Source of the DNA: Candidatus Micrarchaeota archaeon
Lineage (GTDB): Archaea; Micrarchaeota; Micrarchaeia; Anstonellales; Bilamarchaeaceae
DNA: 42,116 nucleotides
NCBI GenBank assembly: GCA_023248035.1
Contig: JAHFFJ010000004.1
Location: forward strand, 12,048-54,163
Direction of reading: 5' to 3'
Shown here: positions 31,011 through 40,689 of the stretch, piece after piece
How the letters are laid out: every line of letters starts with the position of its first letter
How positions within the stretch are numbered: position 1 is the stretch's first letter
The notes under the pieces: generated by a model
What the model was told of the DNA's origin: nothing
Database searches by the model: none
What the model saw: only the letters and a program-made list of their open reading frames with translations
Program-made: the position numbers and the translations under genes

Positions 31011-31732
31011 TCGCCCCCTTCTTTTTCTAGCATTATTATCATGGCTGAATATACAACAGGATAAGCAAAGAAAAGAGTTACTAACTGTATGAACGGTATG
31101 AAACTTAACAGCCAGACTATGGCAAAAATAACGAACATAACTAAGAAAAATACGTGCCTTTTCACAATGAAATGCAGTGCATGCCTTAGCGAACTATAAA
31201 CATCAGTACCAAAAGTACCTGCAGAAAGGAATGCCGGGGTAAACAACATGTGGACTATGAAAGTTACGGCCAAAACATAAATGCCGATGGCCGCATCCAT
31301 ATACTGGTATGGGCTAAGGAAGTAGATATAAACTGCGATTCCAGGACCTGCCAAAAGCAACCATACCAGATCTCGTGTAAGCATTATGGCAAACATTTCT
31401 GGTGCCTTATCTATTGCATAAGAATAGAATTTTATCAGACTTGTCTTCTCATTTGATAAAGCAGAGTGAAATGCTTTTGCAAGTGCAGCATTAAGTCCAC
31501 TTGTGAAAAAGAGGAACAATAGCGTAATTACTATATATGCGCCAATGCTTCCTAGGGACACGGGGTCAAATCCTTGTCCAAAAATTGAAAGAATAATGAA
31601 ATATACTAAGAAAATCGACAATGCCCCAAACAAGAATACTACGAGCATGAACACATAGAGGAGCGAACTCCAGGCAAACATAAAAGGACTTTTCGAATAA
31701 GCTGTAAAAGATTTCTTAAGGCTCTCTATCAA
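31007..31732 (-). CDS. Polytopic membrane protein
   Basis: 241-aa ORF with about 6 hydrophobic segments. The TTG start is preceded by GGTGA. Confidence 0.65.
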   Translation of the reverse strand: MIESLKKSFTAYSKSPFMFAWSSLLYVFMLVVFLFGALSIFLVYFIILSIFGQGFDPVSLGSIGAYIVITLLFLFFTSGLNAALAKAFHSALSNEKTSLIKFYSYAIDKAPEMFAIMLTRDLVWLLLAGPGIAVYIYFLSPYQYMDAAIGIYVLAVTFIVHMLFTPAFLSAGTFGTDVYSSLRHALHFIVKRHVFFLVMFVIFAIVWLLSFIPFIQLVTLFFAYPVVYSAMIIMLEKEGGE

Positions 31733-31793
31733 ATTTTCACCTACTTATCTGTAATGAAGCAAATTATTTAAATGCCGCACTCGTTCATTTATC

Positions 31794-33257
31794 ATGAATA
31801 TTCCCCGCTGTATGAGTACCCAGCATCCTGATAATGTTGCAAGCCCATTTTTCTCCGATTCTGACGTTTTGGCAGGGGAAGCAGAAGTTAAGGAAGCTTT
31901 TTTTGTTTTCTCCCAGCTTGGTTGCACTGAGCAGATGTGGGATAGTGAAGGAAAGGAAGCAGATAACCAGGTGGTCGAAAAACTTCTCTCCCGTCATCTT
32001 GATTTTTTCAGGAAGAAACCTATAGGGAAGGATTTCTATCTTACCTATCGTGTTCCAAATCCATCAGTGGAGACCAACCAGGGAAAAATTCTTCTTGAAA
32101 CTCTTCATAGCATCCCGCGTGCTTTTGATGTTGCACGTGCAGCTGGTCTTGACATCGCACCGATTTTCGAAGTCATCCTTCCCATGACCACCAGCCATCT
32201 CGAACTCGAGCGAATAAGGAACTATTACGAGCATGTAATAATTGGCCAAAAAGATACAAAACTTGGCAGCGAGCGCATTTCGGTTAAGGATTGGGTGGGT
32301 GACTTCCAGCCTGAGAGCATTCATGTAATCCCGCTTTTCGAGGATCTAAATTCAATATCCACTTGTGATGCTATAGTTTCGAAATATATTGAAGGTAAGG
32401 ATCTAGAGTACCAGAGGGTTTTTCTTGCAAGGAGTGATCCTGCTTTAAACTACGGTTCAGCAAGTGCAGTACTTCTTTCCAAAATTGGCCTTCAACGTCT
32501 TTATGCTCTCGAGCAAAAAACAAGTACGCCTATCCTTCCGATAATCGGGGTAGGTAGTGCACCATTCCGAGGCAATTTCACACCAAACAATGTCAATAAC
32601 TGTGGGGAGGAATACCCAAGTGTCCAAACATTCACTGCACAATCATCATTCAAATACGATCATTCATTTCGTGATGTAGTTAATGCTGTAGATATGCTTA
32701 ACCACGGCACTAGGCATCCACCACTAGAGATTGATGAAAAACGTGCACTTTTCTTCATTAAAAAAATGTGTAAGGTTTATGAGGGTCAGCTTAGGGAAGT
32801 TGCAGATCTTATAAATGGCATATCCGCATTTGTTCCAGGAAGACGGGCAAGAAAGCTACATACCGGACTTTTCGGTTACTCGCGGTCTATGAAAGGCATA
32901 AAACTTCCTAGAGCAATCAAATTCTGTGCATCCTTCTATTCTATTGGTATTCCGCCTGATCTGCTTGGTTTATCAGCACTTAGTGAAAAAGAGTTTGATG
33001 AACTCCACAGCCTTTATACCAAGATTGATGAGGATCTGATTTCTTCCGTTCGTTTTCTCAACAAATCTAACCTATCCAAAATGCCTACGCAAGTAAAATC
33101 TGGCATTTCTCGTGTATTAGAATGGGTGGAATACGAGTCTGATGATGAATATTGTGAAATCACATCAAGAATTTACCAAAACTTCCGATCTGGTAATCAC
33201 GGGCACCTTATCGAAGACATAAAAGCTGCAGCATGGAAAAGGCAGTTCCTCGGCTAA
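31794..33257 (+). CDS. ppcA: Archaeal-type phosphoenolpyruvate carboxylase
   Basis: 487-aa ORF beginning MNIPRCMSTQHPDNV, the atPEPC N-terminal signature. The size is typical. Confidence 0.9.
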   Translation: MNIPRCMSTQHPDNVASPFFSDSDVLAGEAEVKEAFFVFSQLGCTEQMWDSEGKEADNQVVEKLLSRHLDFFRKKPIGKDFYLTYRVPNPSVETNQGKILLETLHSIPRAFDVARAAGLDIAPIFEVILPMTTSHLELERIRNYYEHVIIGQKDTKLGSERISVKDWVGDFQPESIHVIPLFEDLNSISTCDAIVSKYIEGKDLEYQRVFLARSDPALNYGSASAVLLSKIGLQRLYALEQKTSTPILPIIGVGSAPFRGNFTPNNVNNCGEEYPSVQTFTAQSSFKYDHSFRDVVNAVDMLNHGTRHPPLEIDEKRALFFIKKMCKVYEGQLREVADLINGISAFVPGRRARKLHTGLFGYSRSMKGIKLPRAIKFCASFYSIGIPPDLLGLSALSEKEFDELHSLYTKIDEDLISSVRFLNKSNLSKMPTQVKSGISRVLEWVEYESDDEYCEITSRIYQNFRSGNHGHLIEDIKAAAWKRQFLG

Positions 33258-33334
33258 AAATCTAAAGAATCTGGAATTAGAAATAACTAAGATTCAACCT
33301 CTTCCATTTTAATCTTTCTTCACTTATTCAAAAC

Positions 33335-34480
33335 ATGGATGACTTATCAAAAGATCAAAATGATCCAATTTCTATTCACAAAAAACTCCGGGGTAAAATC
33401 TTCATTGGTGCCAAAGCTAAACTAAAAACCACCAACGATCTAGCTATGCTTTACACCCCCGGTGTGGCAAAGCCATGTCTGGAAATTGCAAAAAATAAAC
33501 AATTAGTTTACGAATATACAATGAAAGGTAACAGTGTTGCAATAGTGACCGATGGAACACGAGTTTTAGGTTTAGGGGATATTGGTCCAGAGGCAGCGCT
33601 TCCGGTTATGGAAGGTAAAGCACTCATAATGCAACAGTTTGCAGGTATAGATGCCTTTCCAATCTGTCTTGATACAAAAAATGCAGATGAAATAGTTGCT
33701 ATTGTAAAAGCAATTGCACCTGGATTTGGAGCTATAAATCTTGAGGATATTGAAACTCCAAAGGTATTTGAAATAGAACGCAAATTAACAGAAGAACTCA
33801 ATATCCCGGTTTTCCATGATGATCAGCATGGCACTGCAATAGTTGCGCTTGCTGCACTCTATAATGCACTTAAAGTTGTAGGGAAATCCCATACTACCGA
33901 TCTAAAAATTGCTATAGTTGGTGCAGGCAGTGCGGGCTATGCAATTGCAAAACTCCTTTCTTTCGCGGGCTTTAGTGATATTGTTGTTTTTGACAGTAAA
34001 GGAGCAATATCGAACTCAAGATTAGAAGAATATAAGAAAGAACTAGCACAGCTAAATCGTTCTAATTTCTCTGGTACTCTAGAAAACTTTGTAGGTGCTG
34101 ATGTTATTATTTCTGCAGCCCTTCCGGGTTCGCTCCCAATAAAAACTATTAAATCAATGAAAAAACCTAATATCGTTTTTGCGCTTTCAAATCCTATATC
34201 AGAAATTTCCCTTCAGCAGGCAAAAGAACTCAATATAGATGTTTTTGGAACTGGTAGGAGCGACTATCCAAATCAGATAAACAACTCACTCTGTTTCCCG
34301 GGCTTTCTAAGGGCACTTCTTGATCTTAAGGTGAAGAAAATAACACCTCAGATGAAAATCGCAGCTGCAAAAGCAATTGCAGATTCAGTAAAAAAACCAA
34401 CAAAAAATAAGATTGTTCCAGATGCGTTCGATAAAAAAATTCTCAAAAACATTGTTAAAAAAGTGGGCGAAAGTATATAA
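33335..34480 (+). CDS. NAD(P)-dependent malic enzyme (short form)
   Basis: LAMLYTPGVAKPCLEI, VAIVTDGTRVLGLGDIGPEAALPVMEGKA, FHDDQHGTAIV and GAGSAG Rossmann motifs. Confidence 0.9.
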   Translation: MDDLSKDQNDPISIHKKLRGKIFIGAKAKLKTTNDLAMLYTPGVAKPCLEIAKNKQLVYEYTMKGNSVAIVTDGTRVLGLGDIGPEAALPVMEGKALIMQQFAGIDAFPICLDTKNADEIVAIVKAIAPGFGAINLEDIETPKVFEIERKLTEELNIPVFHDDQHGTAIVALAALYNALKVVGKSHTTDLKIAIVGAGSAGYAIAKLLSFAGFSDIVVFDSKGAISNSRLEEYKKELAQLNRSNFSGTLENFVGADVIISAALPGSLPIKTIKSMKKPNIVFALSNPISEISLQQAKELNIDVFGTGRSDYPNQINNSLCFPGFLRALLDLKVKKITPQMKIAAAKAIADSVKKPTKNKIVPDAFDKKILKNIVKKVGESI

Positions 34481-34498
34481 TAAGTCAATCAGAGAAAT

Positions 34499-35932
34499 GT
34501 GAATATTATGGACAAAATAGACCCATCAGTTGTTTTCAAATCGCTCATGCGAAAACTTGACGATCCTAATCCTGATGAAAGACTTAGTGCTATAGCTACT
34601 CTGGGCGTAATGTTCAAAAGTTCTTCCCATTCCGATTATGATACATTGTCAATGATAGATGATGCAGTCCAAAAACTCAGGCAAATAATCAAAAAAGATC
34701 CTTCAGATAATGTCCGTATTGCTGCAATAGGTGCTTTTGGTGAAATGAACTATCGGGATTCAGTTCCCATTCTTATCAACTCTCTAAAGGATCCGACACC
34801 CAATATATGCGCTGCTGCTGCTAAGGCACTTGGACTGATCGGAGATCCAACTTCGGTGCACTTTCTTTTGGATGCAGCTTTATCTGCCTACGATCAAAAC
34901 CCATCACTACCAAATGCACTTGCACGTTTTAAGGATCCAAAAATTGCAAAAAACATAGTTGATGCCCTGCTAAAAGGGGTAGAAAGCCCAGAAACCGCAG
35001 TTGCTAAGAATGCCATAAACGCACTTATTGTAATTAATGATCCAAGGGCTCTGCCTGCATTGATAAAAGCTTCCAAAAAACCCAACCAGGAAATTCGGGA
35101 ACTTTCAATTTATTCATTATCTAATTTCAGAAATGAGCAGCTACTTCCTGTATTGTTACCTGCACTCTCAGATTCATCCTCAGCAGTAAAAATCGCTGCA
35201 ATATATGTTATTGCAGGTGTTGAAGGTAACATGTTTTCTTTTAGTAATCTTCACTATGATCCAATCCCTAACCTCCCAAAAGATGTTATAAGTTCCATAA
35301 TTTCGTTATCAAAAGATCCAGATCCAGAAGTCAGGGCATGTTCAGCAGCTGCCTTAGGGAAAATTGGTGATACAAGTGCAGAATCACCACTGATCGCTGC
35401 CTTAAATGACCCTGAACGTAATGTCAGGCTGAATGCAACCTATGCACTTGGTAACCTGGGTAGTTCTAAAGCTACAAAAAATTTGATAAAAATTATGAAT
35501 GACCCTTCCGAAGATGTAAGGGTTGCTGGGATTTTTGTTCTTGCACAATTAAAAGAAAAAACTGCAATTCCTGATCTTATTGGTGCCTTGAAAGATAGTA
35601 ATTCTAATGTTAGATTTGCAGCAATATCTACCTTGGGTATTTTTCTTGATGTAAGTTCCATACCTCCATTATTAGAAAGCCTCAAAGATAAGGAATCCTA
35701 CCTAAGGGAGGCAGCTATAGATGCCCTAAGGAAATTTACCGAACAAAAAATTCCTATAGACAAAAAATCCTATGCTGCAATCAGAAAGTTTACCGAAAGT
35801 TTCCATTTTGAAAAACTTAAATCTGATCCAGAGACTCGTCAGGCTCATGCTGATATAAGTAATGTACTTAGCGATCTTGCCTCACAATCTAAACCTGAAA
35901 TGAGGCAGGGTAATCTTAAGTCAAAACTTTAA
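34499..35932 (+). CDS. HEAT-repeat (PBS-lyase HEAT-like) protein
   Basis: More than 10 repeats of the type D.(D/N)..VR..A..ALG.IGD (for example DPEVRACSAAALGKIGD and ERNVRLNATYALGNLGS). The likely start is ATG 34508. Confidence 0.8.
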   Translation: MNIMDKIDPSVVFKSLMRKLDDPNPDERLSAIATLGVMFKSSSHSDYDTLSMIDDAVQKLRQIIKKDPSDNVRIAAIGAFGEMNYRDSVPILINSLKDPTPNICAAAAKALGLIGDPTSVHFLLDAALSAYDQNPSLPNALARFKDPKIAKNIVDALLKGVESPETAVAKNAINALIVINDPRALPALIKASKKPNQEIRELSIYSLSNFRNEQLLPVLLPALSDSSSAVKIAAIYVIAGVEGNMFSFSNLHYDPIPNLPKDVISSIISLSKDPDPEVRACSAAALGKIGDTSAESPLIAALNDPERNVRLNATYALGNLGSSKATKNLIKIMNDPSEDVRVAGIFVLAQLKEKTAIPDLIGALKDSNSNVRFAAISTLGIFLDVSSIPPLLESLKDKESYLREAAIDALRKFTEQKIPIDKKSYAAIRKFTESFHFEKLKSDPETRQAHADISNVLSDLASQSKPEMRQGNLKSKL

Positions 35933-35998
35933 TTTTAGATTATAAATTAATCGAGATGACCCAAATGTTTATATGTTTTATATTCACTTCCATTATTT

Positions 35999-36796
35999 AT
36001 GAAAAAAACTAAAAGTACTAAAAAAAGTAAAGTTGTCAAAGATAATCATTCCCACATCCAAAAAGGAATCTTAATGTTGGTTCTGCTGTTTCTTTCGATA
36101 TCAGTATTTTCGGTTCTTACATCGAACATGCTCTATGTTCCTCCCAATGTTTCGAGCTTTTATATGTCCATAACTCCAGCTCTATCATCGGTTGTTGCAG
36201 GGAACTTTGTAAGTGCAAAATTAGCTATAACCCGCCTTGGCCTTGCCAAACCTGTTAATCTATCCATAGTTGATTGTCCTCCTAATGCTACCTGCTCACT
36301 AAGTAAAAAATCTGGCCAACCACCGTATAAGTCCACTCTATATGTAACTACTTCTGCATACACTCCGGCAGATAAATACAATATTACTGTAATAGGAACT
36401 TCTGGTTCAGTAACAAAATTCGTAATTTATAAAGTTACTGTTAAAAAAGCCCCATTCGATTTTAAGCTACATCCTGATCCAGAATATGCAGACATTTCTC
36501 CAGGTGGTATTGCAACCACAAAAATGAATGCAACTATGCTTTCGGGTATTCCGGAAAAAATTACCCTTTCAGTACTAGGCGGATGTCCCCCTTCAGCAAC
36601 TTGTACAATCGATCCCCCAACAGTTCTTCCGCCTGGAGTTTCAGCTAGCAGTGTAGCCATCCTAGATGTAAACACTACCGGACTTACTCCTCCAGGTCCA
36701 TACAAAGTAACTGTAATGGGAACTGGTGGTGGCATATCACGTAATGGCTACTATTATGTTAATGTCACTGCAAATGCCGCAGCAAGTCCTAACTAA
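35999..36796 (+). CDS. Secreted/surface protein with two ~90-aa Cys-containing repeats
   Basis: N-terminal basic stretch plus TM, then the duplicated module CPPNATCSL...YNITVIGTSG..YKVTV / CPPSATCTI...YKVTVMGTGG..YYVNVT. Confidence 0.6.
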   Translation: MKKTKSTKKSKVVKDNHSHIQKGILMLVLLFLSISVFSVLTSNMLYVPPNVSSFYMSITPALSSVVAGNFVSAKLAITRLGLAKPVNLSIVDCPPNATCSLSKKSGQPPYKSTLYVTTSAYTPADKYNITVIGTSGSVTKFVIYKVTVKKAPFDFKLHPDPEYADISPGGIATTKMNATMLSGIPEKITLSVLGGCPPSATCTIDPPTVLPPGVSASSVAILDVNTTGLTPPGPYKVTVMGTGGGISRNGYYYVNVTANAAASPN

Positions 36797-38183
36797 TTTT
36801 TATTTTTTTATCTATTTCACTAGGACCAGTAATAGATAAGATTTTTTCAAGATCTACCTTATTCATTATGCCTTTTTCTATTACCAGTTCTTTAAGTGAA
36901 ATCCCTCTTTGATATGCCTCTTTCACCAATTTAGAGACCCTCGAATAACCAAGATAGGGATTAAGGGCAGTTGCATATCCAAAAGTTCGTTCAAAATTCT
37001 CCTTTGTCTTTTTCTCATCAACTTCCAATCTATCTATGCATCGTCTAAACATTATTGTACAATTGCTAAGTATCTCTAAATTCTGAAGAAGGCAGTATGC
37101 TATTAATGGCGTAGCAAAATTAAGTTCAAGCTGGCCTGATGCAACCGCCATCATAATCGCATGGTCATTACCAACAACCAGAAAAGAAACCATATTCACT
37201 GCTTCGGGTATTGAAGGATTGACCTTACCTGGCATAATTGATGAGCCTGGTTCAACTTCTTCAAGAACTATCTCAGCTATACCTGCATTTGGCCCAGAAA
37301 CCAATAATCTTAGGTCATTTGCAATCCTTGAAAGTGTGGTTGCATATCTGCGGAGTGCAGCAGAAAGAGAAAGAAAGTCATTCATATTCTGTGTTATCTC
37401 TATTCCATTTAGTGCTACTTTGACAAAAAGTCCTGTTTCCTTTTTTATCTGTGCTATTAACTTCTCACGGAATTTCGGGTGTGCAGTTATCCCGCTTCCT
37501 ATTGCAGTTCCGCCTACTCCCAATTCCAAAAGGCCATCAAGTGCGGATTCGATTTCATGCCTATCTTTCTCTATTGCCCTCTGATATGCCTCAAAAACCT
37601 GTCCATAAGTCATAGGTACGGCATCTTGTAAATGAGTCCGGCCAATTTTCATGGTATTCTTGTATCTGTTGGCTTTTTTTGAGAAAGCTTCTTCAAGCAT
37701 TTTTGCCTCATTGAGTGTAGTAGCAGCAAGTTTGAGCGCAGCTATTTTTACTGCTGATGGTACAACATTATTCGAACTCTGGGACATATTTACATGGTTA
37801 TTTGGATGAACTAACTTGTACTCGCCCTTCTTACCGCCTAGGAGTTCTTCTGCACGATTTGCAATAACCTCATTTACGTTCATATGGAGCGGAGTTCCTG
37901 CTCCTGCCTGGAAAGCATCAAGTATGAATTCAGAATCAAGTTTACCGGAAATCACTTCATCTGCAGCTTTTACAATTGCCCCCCCGATTTTCCCATCTAA
38001 CCTTGCAAGATCGACATTAGTTTTCGCAGCACATTTTTTTATGATCGCCACAGCCACAATCATCTGGTGGTGGACCTTTATTCCGCTTAATTTGAAATTA
38101 GCATGCGCTCTGGAAGTAAAAGATCCGTAATATGCGTTATCCGGTACATTAACTTTTCCAAGAAAATCCTCCTCTACTCTCAT
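36789..38183 (-). CDS. aspA: Aspartate ammonia-lyase (fumarase/aspartase class II family)
   Basis: It carries the GSSIMPGKVNP signature. AYYG near the N-terminus and NPSIPEAVNMV after the signature look aspartase-like rather than FumC-like (NPTQCEA). Confidence 0.7.
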   Translation of the reverse strand: MRVEEDFLGKVNVPDNAYYGSFTSRAHANFKLSGIKVHHQMIVAVAIIKKCAAKTNVDLARLDGKIGGAIVKAADEVISGKLDSEFILDAFQAGAGTPLHMNVNEVIANRAEELLGGKKGEYKLVHPNNHVNMSQSSNNVVPSAVKIAALKLAATTLNEAKMLEEAFSKKANRYKNTMKIGRTHLQDAVPMTYGQVFEAYQRAIEKDRHEIESALDGLLELGVGGTAIGSGITAHPKFREKLIAQIKKETGLFVKVALNGIEITQNMNDFLSLSAALRRYATTLSRIANDLRLLVSGPNAGIAEIVLEEVEPGSSIMPGKVNPSIPEAVNMVSFLVVGNDHAIMMAVASGQLELNFATPLIAYCLLQNLEILSNCTIMFRRCIDRLEVDEKKTKENFERTFGYATALNPYLGYSRVSKLVKEAYQRGISLKELVIEKGIMNKVDLEKILSITGPSEIDKKIKIS

Positions 38184-38184
38184 A

Positions 38185-38805
38185 TCATCTCCTCATAACA
38201 AATCCACCTATTAAAGCTAAAATAAGTGCTGGCATACATCCAGTTTCGGGCTTTACTGGCACAGCTGGGGTTGTTGGTGTTTCGTTTTCCTCAGAAACAT
38301 TTACCTCAATTGGAATATCCGGAGTTGGCTTTTCAACTATTCCCTTATCGTCTATACTTTCATTATCTTCTTTCACTTCTTCTATTGTGTCATTATCTGC
38401 CAGGCCTTGAGAAATTTCCTCAAAACATTTTTGGTATGTAAATTCAATCTCCTTGCTTCGTAATCCTGGCTTATCCACTCGTAATACAAAAAGCGCGGTA
38501 AGGTAGTTCATATTCCCTACGACCTCTATCTTTCCAATACCATTACCATCGGTTTTACCGCTCCCTATGGGTTGGTAGCCATAATTTGTGTAGAAAAGAT
38601 AAATTTTTCCATCAGCTACCTGCTCCCCACTTTCGTGAGCTGTTGCATTTATTGTTAGCTGTTTGCTTTGGCAGTCTATAGTCGTTCCAACATCAATGAT
38701 ACTTAAGTTTTCCTGGCCGGTATTTTTTGTGTCTATATAATTCGGGGTTACACCAATGGCAATAGCTAATCCCAAAAGGAATAGCGCGTATAATACGATT
38801 TTCAT
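38185..38805 (-). CDS. Secreted protein with a C-terminal sorting-signal-like anchor; paralog of 38819-39424
   Basis: The preferred start is ATG 38805 (MKIVLYALFLLGLAIAIG, signal-like). The track ORF extends to 38916. It has a Thr/Pro linker and ends in KPETGCMPALILALIGGFVMRR. Confidence 0.6.
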   Translation of the reverse strand: MKIVLYALFLLGLAIAIGVTPNYIDTKNTGQENLSIIDVGTTIDCQSKQLTINATAHESGEQVADGKIYLFYTNYGYQPIGSGKTDGNGIGKIEVVGNMNYLTALFVLRVDKPGLRSKEIEFTYQKCFEEISQGLADNDTIEEVKEDNESIDDKGIVEKPTPDIPIEVNVSEENETPTTPAVPVKPETGCMPALILALIGGFVMRR

Positions 38806-38818
38806 GATAATTAATCCG

Positions 38819-39424
38819 TTATTTATATTTAAATAGACTAGCAAATCCCAATCCAAGTAAAAATAAACCCGGGCAAATTGGTATTTTCTCAGTTTTACCT
38901 GTAGGTGCTGTTTCATTTTTAACCGATTTATTGGACTGATTTGATGTTGGGGAGATCGGAACTGGTTTCACCAGGTTAGTTTTATTAGTATTATTAGTCG
39001 CTACTTTTACGGGAGGCTTTATTGTTCCATTTGAGTAGCATGGTGAAAGATCAAAATGAACCTCTTTACTCCTATAAGATTTTTTCTGCACCACCATTAC
39101 AAAAAGTCCATGCATGAATTTTACATCTCCAGGTAACTTATGCAGGGCATAACCTTTTGCATCAGTAACCACATTTGATATTAATGGCACGGAAAAATCA
39201 ATGTACTGGATATAGACGGTTGCATCACGCACTGGCTTGTTGCTTTCATTAAATATAAACGTAGTTATTGTTCCTGCAGTGCAGTCTGCACTAATGGCAT
39301 AAGTAAATTCCTTGAAAATTGGATCACCAAGATCGTCTTGCTCATAGATTTTGGGTGCTATCATCTTAGCCGTCGACAAGTGAAAAAGAAGGATGAAAAT
39401 AACTAACGGAATGTAAAGACGCAT
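38819..39424 (-). CDS. Secreted protein with a C-terminal anchor; paralog of 38185-38805
   Basis: It has a signal-like N-terminus (MRLYIPLVIFILLFHLSTA). The central domain aligns with its neighbour (..DC...T..........V.DA.VY......G...LFV..V.K...RSKE..F....C). It ends in IPICPGLFLLGLGFASLFKYK. Confidence 0.6.
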   Translation of the reverse strand: MRLYIPLVIFILLFHLSTAKMIAPKIYEQDDLGDPIFKEFTYAISADCTAGTITTFIFNESNKPVRDATVYIQYIDFSVPLISNVVTDAKGYALHKLPGDVKFMHGLFVMVVQKKSYRSKEVHFDLSPCYSNGTIKPPVKVATNNTNKTNLVKPVPISPTSNQSNKSVKNETAPTGKTEKIPICPGLFLLGLGFASLFKYK

Positions 39425-39669
39425 TGTTTCATATTGGATATAAATCTTATATGTTTTTCCAGTATAAAAACCAAGAAAAATAAAGGAAAAGAAAACTCTG
39501 GACTGGCATAAATGATAGATGGACTTCTCGATATGTGGGAACCGAAGAACTTTTGACTGCTAAACTTTTCGAAGTTGTTCCGGGGGCAACGCAAGTTCGA
39601 GAAAAAAGACATAAAGTTTGAATATAAACTAAAAGCTAGGTAATGTAAGGGGCTACTTATCATAAAAAC

Positions 39670-40626
39670 TCATTTTACTACTGCAAATTTTGCAAGAAGA
39701 GCTTCGATCTGTATCCTTTCGTTCGCTCCCTGCACCAGCCTAAAATTACACTCACCAACTGCTTCTATAAGTACCATCCTCTCTTTTTCGTTAATCGTGA
39801 GTTTGGGTATTTCACGGTAAACCTGAATGAGTATGTCTTCACCGCTAAGGCCATAAGTTATAATTAGTTTATCCAGCTTCTCCCGTGCTTCCTGGAACTT
39901 TCCATCCAGGGCAAGATCAACCATCTCCTTTACTTCTTTGGGAGTTGCTCTGCTACTTGTCTTATGTACCAATTCCTCGCTTATCTGGTGTGAATGCATG
40001 GCACACCCTTGCAAAATATTGAGTGCTCTGCGCATGTCGCCTTCAGAAACATAAAATATTGCTTCAAATGCCTTTTCATCCATCTTAAGTTTTTCGTTCT
40101 TTACTACATGTTCAAGAGCACTGTGCATTTCCTTCATAGTTAATGGTATGAACCTAAAGACTGCGCACCTGCTCTGAATGGGTTCAATTATTCTAGAAGA
40201 GTAGTTTGCCGATATTATGAATCGTGTTACTGATGAGTTGGCTTCCATGGTCCTACGTAATGCCTGCTGGGCATCTGAAGTAAGTGCATCTCCTTCATCG
40301 AGGAATATCAGCTTGAATGGAGCACCACCCATCGAAATTGTGCGTGCAAAATCCTTTATCCTTCCTCTTACTACCTCAATTCCACGTTCATCGCTTGCAT
40401 TAAGTTCAAGAAAATTTCCAATCTCTTTTCCAAATATTTCCCTTGCAAGTGCAAGTGAACATGTGGTTTTACCTACGCCTGGCGGTCCTGCAAAAAGCAT
40501 ATTTGGCATATTTCCTGCCTTTACAAATGCCTTTAATCTTTCTACTATCTCTCGTTGCCCTGCTACGCCATCTAAGTTCTGAGGCCTATATTTCTCTGTC
40601 CAGGGAAGAATATCTGATTTTTCCAT
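39670..40626 (-). CDS. rfcS: Replication factor C small subunit
   Basis: WTEKYRPQNLDGVAGQ, FAGPPGVGKTT, DEGDALT and SRC motifs. The preferred start is ATG 40626 (MEKSDILPW). The track ORF's 45-aa extension to 40761 would overlap the divergent KaiC-like gene. Confidence 0.92.
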   Translation of the reverse strand: MEKSDILPWTEKYRPQNLDGVAGQREIVERLKAFVKAGNMPNMLFAGPPGVGKTTCSLALAREIFGKEIGNFLELNASDERGIEVVRGRIKDFARTISMGGAPFKLIFLDEGDALTSDAQQALRRTMEANSSVTRFIISANYSSRIIEPIQSRCAVFRFIPLTMKEMHSALEHVVKNEKLKMDEKAFEAIFYVSEGDMRRALNILQGCAMHSHQISEELVHKTSSRATPKEVKEMVDLALDGKFQEAREKLDKLIITYGLSGEDILIQVYREIPKLTINEKERMVLIEAVGECNFRLVQGANERIQIEALLAKFAVVK

Positions 40627-40689
40627 TACACTTAATTCTTTAACAATATATATAAATTTTAGCCGCTTCGAGTATGATATAGTGGTATT

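Noticed and set aside
36789-38183. Class II fumarate hydratase (fumC)
   Set aside because: The family signature GSSxMPxKxN is shared, but AYYG near the N-terminus and NPSIPEAV after the signature are closer to aspartases than to the FumC NPTQCEA pattern. It is called aspartase with moderate confidence only.
39425-39669. ncRNA or 86-aa ORF (39403-39663) in the intergenic region upstream of rfcS's neighbour
   Set aside because: The apparent repeat ggaac-cgaagaactttt...aacttttcgaag-ttgttcc is mostly direct, not inverted. The ORF is low complexity. There is not enough evidence for either call.
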